Positions 40,290 to 49,459 of a stretch of 64,000 nucleotides of DNA are shown here, piece after piece (position 1 is the first letter of the stretch; each line of letters starts with the position of its first letter). The notes under the pieces were generated by a model. The model saw nothing but the letters and a program-made list of their open reading frames with translations, was not told the origin of the DNA and searched no databases. This DNA comes from Verrucomicrobiota bacterium (GTDB taxonomy: Bacteria; Verrucomicrobiota; Verrucomicrobiia; Limisphaerales; AAA164-E04): NCBI GenBank assembly GCA_047947115.1, contig CP170459.1, positions 4,256,001 to 4,320,000 on the forward strand, given 5' to 3'. A program made the position numbers and the translations under genes.

Positions 40290-41537
40290 ATGAACACGAC
40301 AGCTCCGAAGTCGGCAACATTTCAAGTCAACGAAATCAACTACAACGTTCCATCATACCCGATCGCGGTCATATGTCTGGACGGATCGGCGGATGCGTAT
40401 CTGGACGCTGCCCTGGCCCGGGATGCCATGCCCAACCTAAAGCGCATCAGCGTGGAAGGTCATCGAGCCCAGGCACGCGGAGCGTTGCCATCATTCACCA
40501 ACGTCAATAACGCCTCCATCGTCACAGGTCGCCCCCCTTCTCATCACGGCATCTGTGGCAATTACTTTTTAAATCCGGACACAGGCGAGGAGGTGATGAT
40601 GAACTCCGCTTCCTTCCTCAGAGTTTCCACCATCATGTCCGCCGCTGCCAAAGCCGGACGAAAGGTCGGGGTCGTGACCGCCAAGGAAAAATTAAGAGAT
40701 ATTTTTGCGCATCAACTGGATGGCATTGCATTCTCATCCGAAAAAGCCAATCAGGCAACGCTGGAAAAACACGGTATCAACGATGTGGAAGAACTGGTTG
40801 GCAAACCCACCCCACATATTTACAGTGGTGAAGCCAGCGTTTACGTTCTCGAGGCAGGTGTAGCCCTGCTCCGGTCGGGTCGTTCGGATTTCCTGTATTT
40901 GTCCACCACTGACTACATGCAGCACACCTATGAACCTGAGATGCCGGAATCCATCGAGTTTTACCGTCAACTGGACAACGCCATCGGCGATTTACTGGCA
41001 TTGGGCGCACGAGTCGGGATCACGGCGGACCATGGTATGAATGCCAAGCAAAAGCCCGATGGATCACCCAACGTTATTTACCTCGAAACAGCTTTGAAGG
41101 AGACCTTCGGAGACGGTTTTGCCGTGATTCTGCCCATTACGGATCCGTATGTCGTCCACCACGGTGCCCTCGGTTCCTTTGCCGTGGTGCATTGCCCCGA
41201 AAACAGCAACATCGATCAAGTGGCAGCATGGTGCAGTCAACAGGATGGAGTCACCGAGGTCCTGGATAAAAAACTGGCAGCTCAAAAACTGGAGCTGCCC
41301 GAAGATCGCATGGGTGATCTGGTGGTCATGAGCGGCCGCGATGTGGTGCTCGGACGCACACCGGCACACCACGATCTCAGCGCACTCAAAGTGGGATTAC
41401 GTTCACATGGCGGAAGGTATGAAGAAATTGTCCCGTTTGTCTTTTCGCACCCGCTCAAAAGCGATTATCAGACCAGACTGCTGGGGGATCCCCGAAATTT
41501 TGAGATCTTCGATTACACCATCAACGGTTTGCAATAA
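40290..41537 (+). CDS. phnA: Phosphonoacetate hydrolase
   Basis: ICLDG, LPSFTNVNN, YLSTTDYMQH, TADHGMNAK, ILPITDPYVVHHGALGS, LRSHGG. Confidence 0.92.
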   Translation: MNTTAPKSATFQVNEINYNVPSYPIAVICLDGSADAYLDAALARDAMPNLKRISVEGHRAQARGALPSFTNVNNASIVTGRPPSHHGICGNYFLNPDTGEEVMMNSASFLRVSTIMSAAAKAGRKVGVVTAKEKLRDIFAHQLDGIAFSSEKANQATLEKHGINDVEELVGKPTPHIYSGEASVYVLEAGVALLRSGRSDFLYLSTTDYMQHTYEPEMPESIEFYRQLDNAIGDLLALGARVGITADHGMNAKQKPDGSPNVIYLETALKETFGDGFAVILPITDPYVVHHGALGSFAVVHCPENSNIDQVAAWCSQQDGVTEVLDKKLAAQKLELPEDRMGDLVVMSGRDVVLGRTPAHHDLSALKVGLRSHGGRYEEIVPFVFSHPLKSDYQTRLLGDPRNFEIFDYTINGLQ

Positions 41538-41570
41538 GCCTTTTCCCGAACTTATATCGATCAAAAAGAC

Positions 41571-42992
41571 ATGGCATCCACTCACCACAGTTACCTGGCA
41601 GGACAAGCGATTCAAAGCGATCGACACGTCGATGTATATAATCCATACAACAACGAACACATCGCCCAAGTCACAGAATGCTCAGCCGTCCACACACAAC
41701 AGGCCATCGAAAAGGCTTTGGGCCTTGGCACTCGCTTGACGCGCTACGAACGCTTTGAAATCCTGGACAAAACCAGAAGAGCGCTCCTGGCCGAGAAAGA
41801 ATCCTTTGCCAAACTGATCACTTCCGAAGCAGGTCTATGCCTCCGCGAAACACTTTACGAAGTCGGGCGCGCGTGCGATGTGCTTCAGTTCTCAGCCATG
41901 GAGGCACTCAAGGATGATGGACAGGTCTTCAGTTGCGACGTATCTCCACAGGGCAAGGCTCGAAAAATCTTTACTCTGAGAGAACCGTTAAACCTCGCGG
42001 TCGCGATTACCCCTTTCAACCACCCGCTCAACCAGGTCGCACACAAATTGGGTCCTGCCATTGCGGCCGGAACCCCCATCATTCTCAAACCTTCCGAAAA
42101 AACACCGCTGAGCGCGATCCGTCTGGCGGAGTTGTTATACGAAAACGGACTTCCTGGTGAAATGTTGAGCGTGCTCCTCGGGCCGACTCAGGAAGTTGCG
42201 GAGCCATTGGTCTTGGATGAAAGAGTGGAATTGGTCAGTTTCACCGGCAGTGTGGCCGTTGGAAAACACATCGCCAAAACCGCCGGATACAAGAAGCTTG
42301 TTCTGGAGCTGGGTGGCAACGACCCCCTCATCATTCTGGAAGATGCGGACCTGGAAATGGCCGTGCACCTGGCTTGTGAAGGAGCCTTCCGCAACTCCGG
42401 ACAACGCTGCACAGCGGTCAAACGCATTTTGGTTCAAAGATCCATCCTCGACACATTCACCAAAGCGTTTGTCAAACAAGCCGCCACATACACATCAGGT
42501 GATCCAAGTTCCATGGACACCCGGGTGGGGACGGTCATCGATGAGGCATCGGCTGAACGCTTGTCTCAAGCAGTTGAAAAAGCCGTCGCCCAAGGTGCAA
42601 AGGTACTCCTGGGTGGCGGACGTGAGGGAGCGTTGTTGGAACCCACCGTCATTGCCGACGTCCCGCGTGACGCCGACATGGTGACTTCCGAATCGTTCGG
42701 CCCCCTGGCCCCTCTGCTCGCTGTGGACGACATGGATGATGCCATTCGACTGACCAACTCCACACCTTACGGTCTTTCATCCGGCGTGGTGACCAACAAT
42801 ATGGAACAGGCGCTCAAAGCGGTGCGTGAATTAAAATGTGGAACGGTCAATATCAACGAAGTTCCCGGATACCGCATCGAATGTTCCCCATTCGGAGGCA
42901 TCAAGGACTCCGGTCTCGGCATCAAGGAAGGGGTCATCGAAGCGATCAAATGCATGACCACCGTAAAAACTTTCTCGCTCCCATGGGGGTAA
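41571..42992 (+). CDS. phnY: Phosphonoacetaldehyde dehydrogenase
   Basis: ALDH motifs (ITPFNHPLNQ, LELGGND, NSGQRCTA, ESFGP, PFGGIKDSG); adjacent to phnA. Confidence 0.85.
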   Translation: MASTHHSYLAGQAIQSDRHVDVYNPYNNEHIAQVTECSAVHTQQAIEKALGLGTRLTRYERFEILDKTRRALLAEKESFAKLITSEAGLCLRETLYEVGRACDVLQFSAMEALKDDGQVFSCDVSPQGKARKIFTLREPLNLAVAITPFNHPLNQVAHKLGPAIAAGTPIILKPSEKTPLSAIRLAELLYENGLPGEMLSVLLGPTQEVAEPLVLDERVELVSFTGSVAVGKHIAKTAGYKKLVLELGGNDPLIILEDADLEMAVHLACEGAFRNSGQRCTAVKRILVQRSILDTFTKAFVKQAATYTSGDPSSMDTRVGTVIDEASAERLSQAVEKAVAQGAKVLLGGGREGALLEPTVIADVPRDADMVTSESFGPLAPLLAVDDMDDAIRLTNSTPYGLSSGVVTNNMEQALKAVRELKCGTVNINEVPGYRIECSPFGGIKDSGLGIKEGVIEAIKCMTTVKTFSLPWG

Positions 42993-43078
42993 ACCCATCA
43001 CTCCACTCAGGTAAAAAGGCATTGCAAGAGCCGGTGTTCTGCGCGATTGATTGAATCACGAAAACCCTGGACCCATTC

Positions 43079-46000
43079 ATGCAACGATTCCTGACAACTG
43101 TTTCTCAGGGGGTGCGTTTCAACCCGAGGAAGCTGTCGTGGAGTGCTGTGTTGTGGTGTTTGTTATGTCTGTCAGATTTACATGCAAGCGAATCTTCCAG
43201 ATGGACACATTACCGCATGTCTGACGGACTACCCAGTGCCGGTCCGGCAGGCGTGACGATCAGCCCGAGAGATCGGGTCTGGATTCGCCACCTGGAAGCG
43301 AACACCATCACGGAATTGACCGGTTACGACATCGCCAGCCAGACTGTTCCAGAGGGATCGGCAAAGCGTGTTTATGAAAGCCGTTCAGCACAACTCTGGA
43401 CGACCTATGCGCGTGGCATCCGTCTATGGTCCAACAATTGGAAAAGTTTTCCCATTCAAGCCATCGCCACCGCATATCAGGGAGTCGTACAACAGCTCCA
43501 AAGCCCTGTCAGCCTGGTTCCCCTTCAGATCAACCAATGTCTCATCCTGGCAAACGACAGCATCCACTTGTTCAACGCCACCAGCTCACGGACAAAAAAG
43601 ATCATCGATCTGCGAATCGATGGTTGGCAGGAATGCTCGGCAATGATCGAATTGAGCCAGGGTGACGTGTTAGTCTCCGCACGCGGCGGATTTATCCGCT
43701 ACAAAGGACCGGCCAAAGACATCGAACAAGCCGATCCCGGATTCATCCGGCTCCCCGAATCCATCAGGCAATACAAACTCAGCAATCCATTGGAAAACCC
43801 GGGAGAGGTCATGACTTTCATTGGGGAAGCCACCGACAAGCCCCGTCTGGCAATCAAGTTTGACGGTTCACACTGGTCCTGGGCTACTGTTCCAGAAGAC
43901 ACGGTGCTGCGGACCTATTGGGAAAACGATGCAGGACATGGATGGGGAACAACTTATACCGGCATTTATCAAATAGACACACAGGCAGATCAAATCACTT
44001 CTTCAAATGCCCTGGAAGCCGGCCAGTTCTTCGATGTGGTTACGGACGGCAAAGGGAGCGCATGGATCGCCACCAGTGAGGGCCTGGTCCGTCAATCTCC
44101 AGCCTACTGGAAACCCATCTTCCCCGAGTTGGGTGAATCAAGTGTTTTTGACATGGTGGGTGATTCGAAAAGCGGATTGTGGATGATCACGGAAAACGAA
44201 CTGGTCCACTACGATGTAACAGGCCGTCGAACAGGCATAGCCTGGCCCCAGGACCTGGAAAACATCTTTACCCCCGGCAAAGGACTCTTCCTGCTGAACA
44301 ACGGCAAAATTGGCCTGAACATAGGACAAAGCCCGCTGATATACGATCCGGCTGAAGATCAATTCACCCCGATTCAAACAACCAATCCTGATCTTACCAT
44401 CCAACGGATACTGACCAAACTCGACAACGATTCCCTGCTGGTGTGGGCCGCGGGCGAATCGTCGGAAAACGCTCTGTTCTGGAACTATTCGGAAGGAAAC
44501 CTGACACCTTTCGATATCCCCATACCCGATGAACAAACCGAAACCGAATTTCTTTGGGCCACCGAACTGGTTTCAGCAGATGAAATATGGTTCGGATCAC
44601 ATCACGGAGTGGCTTATGCCAAGCGAAATCAATGGATCCAGTTCGCCCCCGAAGAAGGACTCGGATTAGACACACCCGGGCGGCTCCTTGAACTGAGAGA
44701 CGGCAGATTATGGCTGGGAGCCGGATCGCATGTGTACGAACTAAGAAGCAACCGCTGGGAAAGTGTTTATGTGACCTATGAAAAAATAAACGACATGCTG
44801 GAAGCCCGCGACGGCACGGTATGGGTAGCAACCAATAATGGCGTTCATCGATTTGTTCAGGAAACATGGCTCAGCCACAACACACAGGAAGGCCTCCCCA
44901 GCAACACGATCTACAAGCTCCACGAAAATGCGGCTGGAATCATCCGGGCAGCCACCACCCGAGGGGTGTGTCAATACAACCCGCAATTCGATCGAGATGC
45001 GCCCATGACCGATATTCGCATGGATGAAGTGGACAACAACAGAGTCCTCCGTAATGGATCCATCCTGCATTTTGAAGGGCAGGACAGATGGAATCACACG
45101 ACAAGCTCGCGCCTGCTCTTCTCATATCGCAAGGATAGCGAACCATGGAAACCATTTTCACATACCAATTGGATGGTTCTTTCCGACCTGCCAGCCGGCC
45201 CCCACCAGGTGGAAGTCAAAGCCATCGATCGCAACGGCAACATAGAAAACGCGCCACCTGTATTCCGGTTTGATTTCATCATTCCATGGCATGAAGACCC
45301 ACGACTCATGGGCATGACCATCGGAGCAGTCGTCGTCACCGTGCTCCTGGCCGGATTTGCCGTTAACCGCCACCTGCAACTCAAACGAAGCTACGCCGAA
45401 GTGGAACGAATCGTCGCCATCCGAACCCAAGAACTGGAACGCGCCAACCACGAACTACTCCAGGATCAGAAAATGAAGGCGCTGGGCACGCTTGCATCCG
45501 GTATCGCTCATGACTTCAACAGTATTTTGTCCATCATCAAGGGATCCGTCCAAATCATTGAATCCAATTCCAACGACGCCGAGAAAGTTCGAAAGCGTGT
45601 CGATCGCATCCATTCCGTCATCGACCAGGGAGCGGGCATCGTACGATCCATGCTGGGCTATGTCCGAAGAAAAAACGAACCTTCCCAACCCCACGATCTG
45701 AACCGCATCGCCCGTGAAGCCATTCAGTTGACCGAAGAAAACACAAGCAGTCATCGAATCGAATTTCTCGATCATCCCGGCATAGGTAAAGTGACCATCG
45801 TCCCAGATCTGGTCCGCCAAATCATGATCAATCTGATCAACAACGCCATGGACTCCATGGAATCGGAAGGGTGCATCCTGATTCGACTGGAAGAGTCGAG
45901 GGAACTCTCAGGGCATGTGGCATTGAAACCCAAACACCAGGCGCCCTATGCCGTCCTTCGCATTCAGGATTCCGGTGTCGGGATATCGAATGAGATCGTC

Positions 46001-46231
46001 ACACGTATTTTCGAGCCGTTTTACACGACAAAAGCATTTTCCTCGCGCCGTGGAACAGGATTGGGACTGTCGATGGTGTATGAAATGGCCAGAGAAATGG
46101 GAGCCGGTTTGAGTGTGTCATCCGCCCCCGGCAAAGGCAGCACCTTTTCCATCTACATATCCTATTCCGGTCAAGCCTCCTCCTTGCCTGAATCCCCCAG
46201 CACCGACGCCGAAGACTTTCGGACAAAGTAA
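43079..46231 (+). CDS. Sensor histidine kinase with beta-propeller and Y_Y_Y periplasmic region
   Basis: DGLPS repeats, TM, LASGIAHDFNS H-box, NLINNA, DSGVG, FEPFYTTK, GTGLGL; no receiver domain. Confidence 0.9.
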   Translation: MQRFLTTVSQGVRFNPRKLSWSAVLWCLLCLSDLHASESSRWTHYRMSDGLPSAGPAGVTISPRDRVWIRHLEANTITELTGYDIASQTVPEGSAKRVYESRSAQLWTTYARGIRLWSNNWKSFPIQAIATAYQGVVQQLQSPVSLVPLQINQCLILANDSIHLFNATSSRTKKIIDLRIDGWQECSAMIELSQGDVLVSARGGFIRYKGPAKDIEQADPGFIRLPESIRQYKLSNPLENPGEVMTFIGEATDKPRLAIKFDGSHWSWATVPEDTVLRTYWENDAGHGWGTTYTGIYQIDTQADQITSSNALEAGQFFDVVTDGKGSAWIATSEGLVRQSPAYWKPIFPELGESSVFDMVGDSKSGLWMITENELVHYDVTGRRTGIAWPQDLENIFTPGKGLFLLNNGKIGLNIGQSPLIYDPAEDQFTPIQTTNPDLTIQRILTKLDNDSLLVWAAGESSENALFWNYSEGNLTPFDIPIPDEQTETEFLWATELVSADEIWFGSHHGVAYAKRNQWIQFAPEEGLGLDTPGRLLELRDGRLWLGAGSHVYELRSNRWESVYVTYEKINDMLEARDGTVWVATNNGVHRFVQETWLSHNTQEGLPSNTIYKLHENAAGIIRAATTRGVCQYNPQFDRDAPMTDIRMDEVDNNRVLRNGSILHFEGQDRWNHTTSSRLLFSYRKDSEPWKPFSHTNWMVLSDLPAGPHQVEVKAIDRNGNIENAPPVFRFDFIIPWHEDPRLMGMTIGAVVVTVLLAGFAVNRHLQLKRSYAEVERIVAIRTQELERANHELLQDQKMKALGTLASGIAHDFNSILSIIKGSVQIIESNSNDAEKVRKRVDRIHSVIDQGAGIVRSMLGYVRRKNEPSQPHDLNRIAREAIQLTEENTSSHRIEFLDHPGIGKVTIVPDLVRQIMINLINNAMDSMESEGCILIRLEESRELSGHVALKPKHQAPYAVLRIQDSGVGISNEIVTRIFEPFYTTKAFSSRRGTGLGLSMVYEMAREMGAGLSVSSAPGKGSTFSIYISYSGQASSLPESPSTDAEDFRTK

Positions 46232-47574
46232 ATACAGCTGCTCACCAGACAAACCGTACCCAATGCGGCCATGAACCAGGTGAACCCCTTGAAAAATCCA
46301 AGCCTGGACATATCGCTTTGAGCCAGGTCCTTGTACAACTGAATCCCCACCGACCCGGTGTAACCGATGGCGTCTGCAACATAAATGGCAAACACCGCGG
46401 TTCCGACCACTCTGGTGGAAGCCATCATTCGATCGAACAACAACGATCCATAGGGCACATAAGCCAGGTAAGAACCAAGTCCGGTCAGGGTCAGCCACCA
46501 GAAACCGTTGATGATTTTCATTTCCAGCAGCATGGTACTGATCCCAAGCAACGCCACCCCACCGGTCATAACCGCATACGCGGCAATTAAACCGGCTCGG
46601 TTGTGGCGTATGGTGTTCAGCAAGGCCATGGACCCCATGACACCAAAAGCCACCAAGGTTTCGGTTCGGGAAATAATGGTTTGATTGTCCTCATAATTGA
46701 AACCGAGGTCGTCGAGAATTTCGACCATGTAATTATCCCGGAAATCACGATACGCGGTGAGAAAGAAATAAGCCACCATCAGGAACAGCAATCCTGGAAG
46801 AAAATGCTTCACGAACGAAACCCGTTTTCGCCCATCCATGGGCTTCCGCTCGGTTTTGGCGGCCATGTCTTTTGAATTCTGGGGCGGCAACTGATTCAGC
46901 ATCCAGACCGAAAGGAAAAACAAAGGCAGAAAATGCAAGCCAACCACAGCGGGCATCCATCCTTCACTCACTTCCCCCATGGAGCGTGCAACCATGGGCC
47001 CCAGGACCGGAAGATGATTCCACAGATCGGCGATCGAGCCGCTCATCATGGCCCTGCCGATATCCTTGACGATCCCGCTGGAGACAATGAATGAACAGCT
47101 CAGTCCTGCCAGAAGGATTTCAGAAGTACGCCGCCCTTCCAGATACCAGACAACCAACCCCCAAACCATCCCCAGAGGCAACCCATTGAAAAAGATCGCG
47201 GCAAACTTCCATTGAACAGGGGCAAGTCCAAACAAAAGCAAAGAAAACTCAGCCACCAGAATCAATCCAATCAAGGCCTTTGCACGAGCTGCCGGGTTTA
47301 TTTCAGAACAAACTTTGATTCCCACATACTTGCTGACCGCATACCCCAGAATCTGACTGATCACCAGAGCCGTCTTCAGGGTCACATCCGTTCCAAAGAA
47401 ACTCAGCCCATCAAAAGTCGCTGCAGTGAAAGGCTTTCGAAACGCATACATGCAGAAGTAAGTGCTAAAAGCAGCCACCACGGCAAAAAGGACAAAGACG
47501 AACTCGGGAGCCCCCGACAGCCATCGTGATAAAACACCAGACCGTCCCACACTGTTATCATTCAATTGGGTCAT
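46171..47574 (-). CDS. DUF5690-like multi-TM transporter (MFS-like)
   Basis: YFCMYAFRKPF, LEGRRTSE, RDFRDN, LFDR, ADAIGYTGSV; many TM helices. Confidence 0.75.
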   Translation of the reverse strand: MTQLNDNSVGRSGVLSRWLSGAPEFVFVLFAVVAAFSTYFCMYAFRKPFTAATFDGLSFFGTDVTLKTALVISQILGYAVSKYVGIKVCSEINPAARAKALIGLILVAEFSLLLFGLAPVQWKFAAIFFNGLPLGMVWGLVVWYLEGRRTSEILLAGLSCSFIVSSGIVKDIGRAMMSGSIADLWNHLPVLGPMVARSMGEVSEGWMPAVVGLHFLPLFFLSVWMLNQLPPQNSKDMAAKTERKPMDGRKRVSFVKHFLPGLLFLMVAYFFLTAYRDFRDNYMVEILDDLGFNYEDNQTIISRTETLVAFGVMGSMALLNTIRHNRAGLIAAYAVMTGGVALLGISTMLLEMKIINGFWWLTLTGLGSYLAYVPYGSLLFDRMMASTRVVGTAVFAIYVADAIGYTGSVGIQLYKDLAQSDMSRLGFFKGFTWFMAALGTVCLVSSCIYFVRKSSASVLGDSGKEEA

Positions 47575-47642
47575 AGGATTCGCGAAACCGGAGCATTCAT
47601 AAAACAAAAGTTCCCCTCATAAAAGCACATAAATCAACCAAA

Positions 47643-48154
47643 GTAACCGCATACACCAGAATGTGCCCCTCCCAACGCTCCCCCACGTAGCCGCATTCGC
47701 CAGAATGTGCCCCCCCAACGCTCCCCCACGTAGCCGCATTCGCCAGAATGTGCCCCCCCAACGCTCCCCCACGTAGCCGCATTCGCCAGAATGTGGCCCC
47801 CCAACGCTTCCCCACGTAGCCGCATTCGCCAGAATGTGGCCCCCCAACGCTCCCCCACGTAGCCGCATTCGCCAGAATGTGGTCCCCCAACGCTCCCCCA
47901 CGTAGCCGCATTCGCCAGAATGTGGTCCCCCAACGCTCCCCCACGTAGCCGCATTCGCCAGAATGTGGCCCCCCAACGCTCCCCCACGTAGCCGCATTCG
48001 CCAGAATGTGGCCCCCCAACGCTCCCCCACGTAGCCGCATTCGCCAGAATGTGGTCCCCCAACGCTCCCCCACGTAGCCGCATTCGCCAGAATGTGGCCC
48101 CCCAACGCTCCCCCACGTAGCCGCATTCGCCAGAATGTGGTCCCCCAACGCTCC
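47643..48154 (+). repeat. Tandem array of 12 x 43-bp GTAG-REP units
   Basis: Unit gtagccgcattcgccagaatgtggccccccaacgctcccccac; GTAG every 43 bp from 47687 to 48117, plus a degenerate first copy. Confidence 0.95.
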
Positions 48155-48157
48155 TCG

Positions 48158-48766
48158 CTAAACCATACACTCCAGCAACCGTGCCCCGAGCTGCTGCCGC
48201 CATTTATCTAGAAAAGTCCACTCGTGATAGATCAAGGTAAGCGAATCGATCCATTCATCAGGAACAGCTTGAACACGCTCATCCCAGGAAGATTCGTAAG
48301 TGGAAAGCCGTTTCATCAAAGTCGATTCATCCTGAAGAAGCAGCCCTTGAAGCTTCTCCATCTGACCTTTGATGGGTAGACTTTTTTTAAGAAAGATCAC
48401 CCTGCTCAATTCGCTGGCATCCTCTCCGGGTTTCTCCCTGAGCAAAGCATCTGCCTGACGCAACACTTCCCCCACCTCCATGAACCGATCCCCGACCGCT
48501 TCCGGGATTCGTTTCAAACTTTCCGGCGCCTCCCCCGTTAAAACCAGCAACAGGTGACGCAATCGTGTGGGCATTTTTGAAAGTTGCTTGAACGCTTCAT
48601 TGATCATGGATGCATCCAACTCCGTGTCATCCGACACATTCCTTGCGCGATCAGGATGAGCATTGGATGAAAGACGAAGGTAATTCTGTTTCAACACTTC
48701 CTCGTCCAAAAAAGGAGACACTGGAAGCTCAAGGCTCACAAAGTAATTTGGGTGTCCCATAGACAA
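48158..48766 (-). CDS. hscB: HscB-like J-domain co-chaperone
   Basis: NYF..L, HPD motif, INEAF...RLRHLL; directly downstream of an IscA-type gene. Confidence 0.7.
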   Translation of the reverse strand: MSMGHPNYFVSLELPVSPFLDEEVLKQNYLRLSSNAHPDRARNVSDDTELDASMINEAFKQLSKMPTRLRHLLLVLTGEAPESLKRIPEAVGDRFMEVGEVLRQADALLREKPGEDASELSRVIFLKKSLPIKGQMEKLQGLLLQDESTLMKRLSTYESSWDERVQAVPDEWIDSLTLIYHEWTFLDKWRQQLGARLLECMV

Positions 48767-48777
48767 AAAAGGACTAT

Positions 48778-49170
48778 TCAGGCACTGAAACTTTCACCAC
48801 AAGAACAACTCGTGGCTGCGTTTGGATTATTCACTTTGAATCCTCCATCCTGCAACGCATCCTTGAAATCCAATTCAGACCCTGTCACATAAAGAGCACT
48901 CTTGGGATCAACAACCACTTTAACCCCTTGGGATTCTACCAGAATGTCCCGATTGGCCGGACGATCCTGTAGATCCATCTTGTACTGGAGTCCCGAACAT
49001 CCGCCCCCCACCACCGCCACACGGAGGACGCCTTCCGGACGTCCCTGACGGGTCAAGAGCTTGGTCACCTTGTTCGCAGCGCTCCCCGTGAGTTTGATCA
49101 AGCGTTCATCTCCCTTGCGAAAGGAGATTTCGTCGGACTTTTTCTGAACTTTACCTGCGATCATTGCCAT
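48778..49170 (-). CDS. Fe-S cluster assembly accessory protein (IscA/ErpA/HesB family)
   Basis: GGGCSGLQY, NPNA, CSCGESF. Confidence 0.93.
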   Translation of the reverse strand: MAMIAGKVQKKSDEISFRKGDERLIKLTGSAANKVTKLLTRQGRPEGVLRVAVVGGGCSGLQYKMDLQDRPANRDILVESQGVKVVVDPKSALYVTGSELDFKDALQDGGFKVNNPNAATSCSCGESFSA

Positions 49171-49241
49171 GAGGTGGGGACACTAGCCCATACTTCAACC
49201 ATTTTCAACGTCCAAGAAAACAAAGTCTTCCCTTTTCCAGC

Positions 49242-49443
49242 GGTAGGGATGCGCTGCTGCGCGTCCGCCTACGTGTCCGCATCACGCCAGAACTTTTCAA
49301 ATATCCACAACACGCACCCGGCCCCGCGGCAGCGGGGCCCTACCCAAGCCGAAGACTCTCGGACTAAAGGCATTCAAAAGCCAACTGCACCGAGCGAACA
49401 CGCCACCGGACACGCAATCCCGATACAATCGGAATCCCTACCC
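49242..49443. repeat. REPIN (inverted GTAG-REP pair) plus a third interrupted REP
   Basis: ggtagggatgcgctgctgcgcgtcc (49242), ggccccgcggcagcggggccctacc (49320-49344), ggacacgca[atcccgatacaatcggaa]tccctacc (49408-49442). Confidence 0.75.
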
Positions 49444-49459
49444 ATAGAGATCCAAGTCA

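Noticed and set aside
47643..48154. CRISPR array
   Set aside because: Inter-hairpin segments are nearly identical rather than unique spacers, the period is only 43 bp, and no cas genes are in the window
47597..48203. Three overlapping repetitive ORFs (169-189 aa)
   Set aside because: They are translations of the 43-bp tandem repeat in three frames
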